Positions 26,922 through 34,541 of a DNA stretch of 40,000 nucleotides are shown here, one piece after another (within the stretch, counting starts at the first letter, position 1; each line of letters opens with the position of its first letter). The stretch comes from Methanolobus vulcani (GTDB lineage: Archaea > Halobacteriota > Methanosarcinia > Methanosarcinales > Methanosarcinaceae), in NCBI RefSeq assembly GCF_006546655.1, contig NZ_VIAQ01000007.1, forward strand, positions 4,465 through 44,464. Direction: 5' to 3'. A program made the position numbers and the translations under genes. Below the pieces are notes generated by a model. That model did no database searches and had not been told where the DNA came from. It saw only the letters and a list, made by a program, of their open reading frames with translations.

Positions 26922-27404
26922 TTAGGAATCTTTAAATTCTATTTTCGTACTTGGGATAACATCATAGTTATTAGTGTCTGTTGTAATATCGGTTATTTCT
27001 ACGTTATCTGACCCTTCAACAATTAATGTAATCGAAGTTTTCTCTTCTGGATTAAGATTCTTAATGAATACTTCCGCATAATTTCCATTTCCACCTAGTA
27101 TTGTTACATCAGCACTTCCGTATTCTGAAACATTGGTAATGTACCCATTCGTATGTATTTCAAAATAGACATGTTGCGCAATTCCATCGCCTTTATTCTT
27201 CAAATAAACAGTAATGTCATATGTGTCTGGGGATATCTCTTGTGTTGAAGATGTAAATAATAAATCTGGGTGAGGAGCAAAAAAACCTGCAATAGCCTTT
27301 GCTATAAAGATGACAGAAACCCCTATGATAATACCAATTATTAATGTCTTTGTTGTAGATTCACAGTTTTTCTGATTAGACTCCATTGCTATACAGTAGG
27401 ACAC
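26922..27404 (-). CDS. N-terminally membrane-anchored beta-rich protein
   Basis: 160 aa with one TM segment (LIIGIIIGVSVIFIAKAIAGFF). An alternating-pattern beta-rich ectodomain follows (ITVYLKNKGDGIAQHVYFEIH, ITLIVEGS). Confidence 0.5.
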   Translation of the reverse strand: MSYCIAMESNQKNCESTTKTLIIGIIIGVSVIFIAKAIAGFFAPHPDLLFTSSTQEISPDTYDITVYLKNKGDGIAQHVYFEIHTNGYITNVSEYGSADVTILGGNGNYAEVFIKNLNPEEKTSITLIVEGSDNVEITDITTDTNNYDVIPSTKIEFKDS

Positions 27405-27549
27405 TTAATATATATATTTATCTTGTGAAATGATAACATGAGGGAGTCGATTTCGGAAAATTAGCAAATGATAGAGAGAATTGAAAAAAATCCGAATTTG
27501 CATACTTCAGCAGTTAACGAAATAGTTAATCGTGCTAATTAAAAATAGT

Positions 27550-28815
27550 TTAATCATTCAGTGAATGTTTATTTTTGAAATCATATATTGAAACCAAATG
27601 ATTGGGGCTGACAGACTTAGCAATCTTCTCATTGACTGTATTATTTTGCATATCTATTATTGTATCAGAAAGTTTTAAACCTAGACTCGCCAAGAGTCCA
27701 GAACCTAATACACCTTCAGCAACCCCTCCTATCAAGCCTAAACTTAATGAAATTCCAAATTTAATTCCATCAGCTCTCCTAGTTATTTTCCTGGAGTCAT
27801 TCCAAACATTCTCAAGTATCTCTGACATATCTCCACTTTTTTCCTCAATGATATCTGTTTTATTTCTTTTTACTCCTTCATTGAGGGAATTTACTATTTT
27901 GTATAAATCTTGATCATCATATTCTTGAATCACTTTTGTGCATCCGCTTATTGTCTCGGGATATAAAGTTATTTTATTCAAAAGAAATTTTCCAATCTCA
28001 GGAGGAACAGAAGAAGTATTAGGCTCACAATCAAATTGTTTTTCTAAATCATTTACATAACCCATGAATTTTTCTCCATAATGACATATAGGCTTCAATA
28101 AACATTTTTGAGGGTTTGATATTAAAAAACCGTATACTGTAAGGTATAAATGAGCTTTTTCAGGATCTATAATCATTAAAGTTCCAATTTCATCAGCCAG
28201 TTCCTCGTAACCGCTGGCTTTAAGGATACTATAACGACTAGCATAATCTTCTAATTTTGCTAAAGTATATGATATATTACTATTTCCAAATGCACCTGTT
28301 GCGTCCATTACAAACTTATTAAAACCATGCTCAGCTAGGGTTTCAAATTCAATTTTGTTTTTTTTGTCCAATTCGTGACCAGTAACGGATAATGAATCAT
28401 ATTGAACAATTGGTGGTTTGAGTTCAGTAAGTAATGGCTCAAGAAAATCCAGATTTTTATAATAGGTAGGAGGCATCATGAGAACAAATTGTATTCGTCC
28501 TGTTTCTTTTTGAAAATCTATCATTTCATCAATTTTATGGGAATTAAAACCCATTGTAAATTCGTGAGTTTTATCAAAAGCTTCTTTGTTGTCTTTAGGG
28601 ATTAACTTCGCTAATGTTGAACCATAAAATGGAACAACACCCCATATATTAGTATAAGGGTCTGCAATTGGTTCTTTCAACTTAATGAACCTATTTTTAG
28701 GTGGATATCTTTCATTTAGTCCTACTTTTCCCTCATCTAGTCTTGTGATAAAACGAATGGTTTCTTCCTTTTCATGAGCCTCATAATCTTGAAGGAACTC
28801 TTCAAAAGTATTCAT
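27550..28815 (-). CDS. Cargo protein of unknown function with a C-terminal glycine-zipper segment
   Basis: The probable start is the ATG at 28815 (MNTFEEFLQ), inside track ORF 27550-28890. The C-terminus has GIKFGISLSLGLIGGVAEGVLGSGLLASLGLKL (GxxxG repeats). Confidence 0.55.
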   Translation of the reverse strand: MNTFEEFLQDYEAHEKEETIRFITRLDEGKVGLNERYPPKNRFIKLKEPIADPYTNIWGVVPFYGSTLAKLIPKDNKEAFDKTHEFTMGFNSHKIDEMIDFQKETGRIQFVLMMPPTYYKNLDFLEPLLTELKPPIVQYDSLSVTGHELDKKNKIEFETLAEHGFNKFVMDATGAFGNSNISYTLAKLEDYASRYSILKASGYEELADEIGTLMIIDPEKAHLYLTVYGFLISNPQKCLLKPICHYGEKFMGYVNDLEKQFDCEPNTSSVPPEIGKFLLNKITLYPETISGCTKVIQEYDDQDLYKIVNSLNEGVKRNKTDIIEEKSGDMSEILENVWNDSRKITRRADGIKFGISLSLGLIGGVAEGVLGSGLLASLGLKLSDTIIDMQNNTVNEKIAKSVSPNHLVSIYDFKNKHSLND

Positions 28816-28992
28816 ATTAGGTAAATAGAGTTTATTGCATAAAAATCTTGTATGGGTAATAATTATTATTTCGATTTTCAAACGAAACAATTAAAATTTA
28901 AAATATAAGTTCCGTTTTTTTGTGTTAACTATATCCCTAATCTAAAATACTAAGGGTACAATTCGAACCTTTTAAAATACAATTCTTAAAAG

Positions 28993-29022
28993 AGTTGCAT
29001 TTTTCTGAGTTACCTATATCCC
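28993..29022. repeat. Right terminal inverted repeat of the casposon
   Basis: agttgcatttttctgagttacctatatccc is the exact reverse complement of 16411-16440. Confidence 0.9.
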
Positions 29023-29036
29023 CGCATCGCTTCTAA
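29023..29036. repeat. Right copy of the target-site duplication
   Basis: cgcatcgcttctaa is identical to 16397-16410. Confidence 0.85.
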
Positions 29037-29154
29037 GGGATATAGGTAACTCTGATTTTTTGTACGCTAGTCCATTTTGGACTTTAATGAAAATACATAC
29101 GGTATATAATTTGATGAGGTAAATTTTAAATTTTTAAAAGCATTCATTAATGTG

Positions 29155-30165
29155 ATGTTATATGCCAATACTAAAGATGGGGAGAAAATAAGAGCCGCTA
29201 AAAAAAATAAGAGTGAAGAAATAAAGGCATATTGCCCTCTTTGTGATTGGCCAAAATGTGAAAAGCCTTTAGTTTACAAGACTGGTGAAGTTAATATCCA
29301 TCATTTTGCTCACCCAGAAGGCACAGAATGTTCAGATAAGTGGAGCAGGGGTAAAGAATCAGAATGGCATTTGGGTTGGAAAAATTTAGTCAACAAGAAA
29401 TATTGTGAAGTTCCAATTGTAAAAGGCTGGAAAAAACATCGAGCCGATATACAAAATAAAAACGGGTTAGTTATAGAATTACAAAACTCTCCCATATCAG
29501 TTTCTGAAATTCATGAACGTGAAGACTTCTACAACAATATGATTTGGTTAATTAACGGACAGGAAAAAAGAATTATTGTACATTCACCTGATTCTTATTG
29601 TGGTAGCGGTTATTGGCCAGATGACTGTAATATGATAATATGGAAGTACTCAAAAAAGGCAATACTTGAAGCTAAAAAAAGAATATTTATTGATATAGGT
29701 AATGAAGAAATATTATATATAGTCAAAAATGTCAATGGGTCATATTACTCTGAAACTAACGAAGGAAATAGGTTTGGTGGCTATTTAATCAGTAAAACTG
29801 ATTTTGTTGATTATTTTTTAAAGGCTAAAAACAACTCTGTTTTTGATAATATTCAGAAGAGTATGCTAGAAGGCAATGGTTGGTATTTAGAACATCTTAA
29901 ATTATTCGAAAAGTATTTTCATTGGTTACTAAAAACAAAAACTCATTCTAGCTTGCGATATAGGGTAAATGAAGAAGAAATGTTTGACGACTATTTTATT
30001 GTTGATGACTATAAATCACCTCGATTTTTGATTGATTTGACTTATTTCATTGTAGAGCACCCTGAATATAATGACAAACGGTATTTATTATTCAAAACTA
30101 TAAAAACTGGTATAGAGTTGGGCTGGCACGATGCTATGAGAGATGGTACATTAAAGTATGCATAA
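29155..30165 (+). CDS. CoiA-like PD-(D/E)xK nuclease-family protein with an N-terminal zinc ribbon
   Basis: CPLCDWPKCEKPL...HHFAH, then SEWHLGWKNLV...KKHRADIQNKNGLVIELQNSPISVSEIHEREDFYNNMIWLING. This matches the H..K, R-x-D and hE-h-Q-x-S pattern of CoiA-type proteins. Confidence 0.55.
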   Translation: MLYANTKDGEKIRAAKKNKSEEIKAYCPLCDWPKCEKPLVYKTGEVNIHHFAHPEGTECSDKWSRGKESEWHLGWKNLVNKKYCEVPIVKGWKKHRADIQNKNGLVIELQNSPISVSEIHEREDFYNNMIWLINGQEKRIIVHSPDSYCGSGYWPDDCNMIIWKYSKKAILEAKKRIFIDIGNEEILYIVKNVNGSYYSETNEGNRFGGYLISKTDFVDYFLKAKNNSVFDNIQKSMLEGNGWYLEHLKLFEKYFHWLLKTKTHSSLRYRVNEEEMFDDYFIVDDYKSPRFLIDLTYFIVEHPEYNDKRYLLFKTIKTGIELGWHDAMRDGTLKYA

Positions 30166-30170
30166 TCAAT

Positions 30171-30440
30171 TTATTTTATTTCACCAACCCATTTCAAAAA
30201 AAATACAAAGCCAATAAGCAAATAAGCTCCCACTTCTCCTTTATTTGACAACCATTCAATAATACCCAACCACCATGGAATTTGACTTTGGGCTGCTAAT
30301 TCAACGCTTGTTTCTATATTTTCTTGACTGGGTTCATTAATAGCCTTCAATGAAAATATCCCAATCTTTAATAACAGAGGTAATACAAACACTGCAAATA
30401 TAATAATTTGAATTGTTTCCTTGTTCAAAAAATCTGGCAT
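30171..30440 (-). CDS. Small membrane protein
   Basis: 89 aa with two or three hydrophobic helices (IQIIIFAVFVLPLLLKIGIF, AYLLIGFVFFLKWV). Confidence 0.4.
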   Translation of the reverse strand: MPDFLNKETIQIIIFAVFVLPLLLKIGIFSLKAINEPSQENIETSVELAAQSQIPWWLGIIEWLSNKGEVGAYLLIGFVFFLKWVGEIK

Positions 30441-30474
30441 TTATTTCTCCACAAAAAGCTAAAATTCTTTAGTA

Positions 30475-31341
30475 TTATGAAAATTTGACAGTTGCAGTCT
30501 TTGTTTTATTCCTTTTTTTACGGAGATTTCCTTCAAGCACTAACAATGAAACACCAAAAGAGTTCAAATCTTGTTCAAACTGGTTGTAAAATTCAGAATT
30601 AATTTTTCCTATATCAAGGACAACTAGTGAAATATTAGGATAGTGTTTGGCATAAGTATGTAATTGACCTAAAGAATTTCGAATATGTGTCTTGCTATTA
30701 CCAATCTTCAGTTCTAATGCTACTGTATTTATATGATTTTCAAGTACAATATCTATTTTATCATTAAACTGTCCACATTCAACTTGTCGATGGATGTTCC
30801 ATCCATTCTTACCATATGTGAAGTTCAAAAGAGAAGAAAGATGACTTTCAAACTCATATTCGTCAATAACTTTTAAGGAATTATCAAACTCTTGTGATAT
30901 TGTGCAAAGCACCGAATATAATATTTCTTCATCTGAAGAAAGTTCGGTTGAGATTTCCGTTTGAGGTCTATTATTTTGGGAGACATTAGATACAATAGCT
31001 TTATTATTTTGGTTTGATTCACTTATTAAATCTGAAACATTAACTTTTCGTTTTTTGAGATAATTTATTATTTCCTCATAACTTAAGTTAGATCTTATGG
31101 AAATTATATAATCATCTATGGTTAACTTGGGAACTTGTTCATCATCAAATACAAATTCATGAGATGTAACTTTAATTCCATAATTTTTTGCCATATATTG
31201 AAGCTGCCTCAATGTGAGTCGACGCAATGCTTTTGTTTTATTTCTTTTTAGCTCTTCACGTCTTTGTATTTCATCGGTTACTTTACCAGCACCCTCTGCC
31301 ATTTTTTGTGCACCCTTTTTTACAGCATCCCATAAAGCCAC
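30475..31341 (-). CDS. SAP-like N-terminal domain fused to a PD-(D/E)xK nuclease-like C-terminal domain
   Basis: 288 aa. LRRLTLRQLQYMAKNYGIKV is SAP-like. The C-terminal KIDIVLENHINTVALELKIGNS gives D...E-x-K. It lies directly downstream of the truncated cas1 on the same strand. Confidence 0.5.
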   Translation of the reverse strand: MALWDAVKKGAQKMAEGAGKVTDEIQRREELKRNKTKALRRLTLRQLQYMAKNYGIKVTSHEFVFDDEQVPKLTIDDYIISIRSNLSYEEIINYLKKRKVNVSDLISESNQNNKAIVSNVSQNNRPQTEISTELSSDEEILYSVLCTISQEFDNSLKVIDEYEFESHLSSLLNFTYGKNGWNIHRQVECGQFNDKIDIVLENHINTVALELKIGNSKTHIRNSLGQLHTYAKHYPNISLVVLDIGKINSEFYNQFEQDLNSFGVSLLVLEGNLRKKRNKTKTATVKFS

Positions 31342-31444
31342 AATATCACTTCTATAAAAAGTTCGTTAAATATAAATCGTTATTACAAATTGATTATATC
31401 TTACTTAAATTTTTATATTTATTCTACGTGTCTATATCAGAAGT

Positions 31445-32338
31445 TTACATAGATTCTTCCCACATCTCCAACCTTTCCCTCACATGAGCGTTCATAGTAA
31501 ACGGTTTATCCGCTTCAGCATTTTTCTTCATGTAGTGTAATGTACCCTTAGAGAATCCCATCTTCTTCCAGTCTGAATATGAGATACTGAGTATCTTCTG
31601 CCTAATATCGTCTGAATCCTGTCTCTTAACAACATAAGCAGGTTTACTAAAATCAAGTGTTTTTCTTTTACCAACAAGATACTGAGCAAGCTCCCTAGTT
31701 TTCAATAACAAAGCATAACTCCACATAACAGACTGCTTCTTGTATGGAACTTTCTTGTTCATCCAGTCATTAAACTCTTCAGTCACTTTCTTAGCTCCTG
31801 AAGGTTTAAGCCTGAGTGAATAGCTCTCAGTCCTGATAAAGTCTGTATTATCCATCTTCTTGGACTCAATAAGGCTGATTACAGCCATATCAACAATGAA
31901 TCTAAAAGGCTCTTGCAGATCATAGGCAAGACTGTTCTTGCTAGGATTCATCTCATGTAAAAATCCTACATGAGCATCAAGACCGGCCGTATTAATGGCT
32001 CTCAAGCATTCAGCTTCAAGAAGAGCATAACCATAATTAAGCATAACATTAACTTTGTCTCCTGCTCCTGTTGCTCTCCTGTATTGGTCTATCCTAGAAC
32101 AAAAATCATATTCATCAGGAATAGCTTTATTGAACTCGTTCCAGTACTTCCAAGCAACTCCGCCTTCGATACCCATGATTTCCTTGATAGAATTAGCAGA
32201 CTTCAGTTTTTCAATATCCTCTGTGAAATCATAATCTATTACAGGATATCTTTGTTTCAGATAATCAAGCACTACAAGAGATTTGTCAAACTTAGCCTCG
32301 ATGAAGTTCTTTGCTATCTTGACCCTGAGGAGGTTGAC
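31445..32338 (-). pseudogene. cas1: Casposase (cas1) lacking its 5' third
   Basis: The track ORF 31445-32272 aligns to residues ~125-400 of the intact casposase (GIEGGVAWKYW, DAHVGFLHE, LAYDLQEPFRF, SISYSDWKKMGFSKGTLHYMKKNAEADKPFTMNAHVRERL). Similarity continues upstream without a start (..LLRVKIAKNFIEAKFDKSLVV) to about 32335 and then ends abruptly. Confidence 0.75.
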
Positions 32339-32340
32339 CT

Positions 32341-32460
32341 GAAATGAGATTCTCTAAGGGTACTCTGCATTACATGAAGAAAAACGCAAAGAGCTATAAA
32401 CCGTTTACATTGAATATACATGTTAAAAAAAGGTTGGATATGTGGAGTAAGTTGCTTTGA
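32341..32460 (+). pseudogene. cas1: Isolated 3' fragment of a third cas1 (last ~37 codons)
   Basis: Translation gives EMRFSKGTLHYMKKNAKSYKPFTLNIHVKKRLDMWSKLL*. Compare the C-terminus of the intact casposase, LGFSKGTLHYMKKNAKADKPFTLNAHVRERLELWEGC*. Confidence 0.7.
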
Positions 32461-32662
32461 CACATTATTCGGGCACATACGAACATCTTTATATAGTATC
32501 CGAACATAGTACGTCTGCTTTTAGAGGCTGAAACTACTTTGATAATTATAGGTCTAGATGGTATTACCTTAACTGTATTTACTGTTTTTTCGTATCTTTA
32601 ACCAAATGGTTGTATTCTTTTTGAGCTAATACTTAAAGGACGTGAAATATTTGTTTAATAAC

Positions 32663-32854
32663 ATGCAGTCAAATGCTCCAGTAGAAGCTGGCAAAACATA
32701 TGAAGTGACAATCGAAGACATTGCAAGAGAAGGCGACGGAATCGCAAGAGTAAGCGGATTTGTTGTTTTTGTACCAGATACAAAAGTCGACGATGAAGTT
32801 ACAATTAAAGTTACTAAAGTAATGAGCAAGTTCGCATTTGGCGAATTAGCTTAA
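32663..32854 (+). CDS. TRAM-domain protein
   Basis: The ATG at 32663 lies inside ORF 32642-32854. MQSNAPVEAGKTYEVTIEDIAREGDGIARVSGFVVFVPDTKVDDEVTIKVTKVMSKFAFGELA is the classic small archaeal TRAM protein. Confidence 0.8.
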   Translation: MQSNAPVEAGKTYEVTIEDIAREGDGIARVSGFVVFVPDTKVDDEVTIKVTKVMSKFAFGELA

Positions 32855-32885
32855 TTTTTGTACTTAAAATTCATTTAATTATACA

Positions 32886-32925
32886 GTAGAAAACCAAGAA
32901 ATTGGTTTCTACTTCACTTTTTTTA
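32886..32925 (+). terminator. Hairpin plus T-run terminator after the TRAM gene
   Basis: agtagaaaacca pairs with tggtttctact (11 bp, one bulge), followed by tcacttttttta. Confidence 0.5.
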
Positions 32926-33236
32926 TCATTTTACTTATATGTTATACCTTACAAAGCGTACACTCTTTACCAGAATATTAAATGCTGTTGTGTACACTAC
33001 GTGCAAAACACCGTGCACTTTTTTCGCCTTGTATATATTCCCGCACCTGAGCGTCGGGATATAGTTATCTCCAAAAAACCGAACTTCTTGAAATATATCA
33101 TTTATATTTTATTTATTTGTATATGCACATGAATTTATAATGAAACACAGTGTTAAAAATAAATGGTCTGAAAAAGCTTAGTAATGATGTTAAATCTATC
33201 AAAAGAATAATATTTAATATGTAATATAGACTTGAC

Positions 33237-33450
33237 ATGGATTCAATTGATGAAATAGTAGACCCAGATATACAATCTTTAGTGAACAAGAAAGACACTA
33301 AAGGGATACTCAACACATTGAGTCATAGTAACCCAAAAATAAGAAGTCAAGCAGAAAAGACTTTTTTCAAGTAGTAAGTTTTAATGACACTGAAATTCTT
33401 ATTGAAGGTTTAAATTCTGAAGTTTAGGCAACACAAAATGAAGTAAAATG
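33237..33450 (+). pseudogene. Decayed HEAT (PBS-lyase type) repeat gene fragment
   Basis: MDSIDEIVDPDIQSLVNKKDTKGILNTLSHSNPKIRSQAEKTFFK* is followed, in another frame, by NDTEILIEGLNSEV*ATQNEVK. These are HEAT-like repeat units interrupted by stops. Confidence 0.3.
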
Positions 33451-34140
33451 AATATGGAACGGTGAAAGTTTTGGTGGATAACTTCACTCTCAATATTTAA
33501 ACAAAGGAATGATTAATGGTGTGAATTTAAATAAAATGTTTACTCTAAAACACCAGCATTAAAGCCGATGTTCCTGATTTTTGTTTCTAATTCTCATTTA
33601 ATGAAACATTGTTTCTTATTCACTTTTATCTGTTAAGAAGGATACTTACTTATGTGGATTACTAAGTGGAGTGGGAATCTACATAAGATACTGGAGCGAG
33701 ATTATCGGGTATCAACCTTCTATTAATAGTGGGGGTACGGTATTAGAAAGTTGATACCTTTACTACATTTGGGTGACGTACACCATATATAGATGATTTG
33801 CCTGATAGCGGTCATCACCCAATATAACATCCAACCAACAATAAAATTGGCTCTATCAGGCAACCTTTTCTAATAATCAATTGAATTTTTCCTGTTTAGC
33901 TGCATCCCTGGTTTGCGATGCGGGGTATATCTACTCAGATTATAACGCCTCTTTTGTAAGCATTATACAGCACCCCGTTTCTATTCCTACTTGTAATTTC
34001 TGCGCCTCACATTATTAAAAGAGATAACAGTGTTAACCTATTCAGTAATAATGTTTCATAAACGATATAAAATATCAAACATTATATTATAATGTGTAAA
34101 TTTTTGCATAGCGCTAATGATATTTTATGGAGGAGTGGGA

Positions 34141-34455
34141 ATGTCAGATACTGTAGGTTTTGTAGTAGTATACAATAAACCAGATGATACTGAGAAATTT
34201 GATACACGATATCAGGAACATTTGAGTTTATTTAATCGAACATTTGGGGATATCGTAGAAAATACGAGGATTTTAAAGTTAGACGATGAAACATTTTATC
34301 AATTCAGTATAGTAGAATTCAAACCTGGTACAGACTTCGATGCTGTGATGAATTCTTCTGAAATGAAAGCTGTGATCGGAGATGTACTAACGTTTGTTCC
34401 TGAAGATAAAGTTAAACTTCTGCCAATAACAGAAACTATCCCTTGCTCACAATAG
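34141..34455 (+). CDS. EthD-like (dimeric alpha/beta-barrel) small protein
   Basis: The ATG at 34141 lies inside ORF 34117-34455. MSDTVGFVVVYNKPDDTEKFDTRYQEHLSLF... follows the typical EthD-family start pattern and size. Confidence 0.4.
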   Translation: MSDTVGFVVVYNKPDDTEKFDTRYQEHLSLFNRTFGDIVENTRILKLDDETFYQFSIVEFKPGTDFDAVMNSSEMKAVIGDVLTFVPEDKVKLLPITETIPCSQ

Positions 34456-34541
34456 TGAATAAGGTTTGATTATGCGTTTTTACTGTGTTAAATAGCTATG
34501 TAAAGTCAATATCAACTTTAAGGCATATTGGGGGTATACAA

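Larger units (their letters stand above)
16411..29022 (+). mobile_element. Casposon (self-synthesising Cas1/PolB transposon), apparently intact, 12,612 bp
   Basis: Perfect 30-bp TIRs, a 14-15-bp TSD, a casposase-type Cas1 with C-terminal HTH, a family B polymerase, an HNH nuclease and HTH proteins. No cas2 and no CRISPR repeats. It is inserted at a tRNA 3' end. Confidence 0.85.
29037..32460 (-). mobile_element. Rearranged remnant(s) of one or two further casposons: a terminus, three cargo genes, a truncated cas1 and a cas1 fragment; no polB
   Basis: 16 nt (gggatataggtaactc, 29037-29052) are identical to the casposon terminus and directly follow the TSD, then diverge. A Cas1 lacking its N-terminal ~100 aa sits on the minus strand. 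A Cas1 3' fragment sits on the plus strand. Confidence 0.6.

Noticed and set aside
28929-28945. Subterminal partial copy of the terminus motif (aactatatccctaatc) about 85 bp inside the right TIR
   Set aside because: Only about 8 nt match (tatatccc) and no counterpart was found inside the left end. This is too short to separate from chance in AT-rich DNA.
32902-33316. ORFs 32902-33132(+) and 33113-33316(-)
   Set aside because: They are low-complexity, Ile/Leu/Phe/Tyr-rich translations of AT-rich DNA, with no motifs. They overlap each other and the terminator region.
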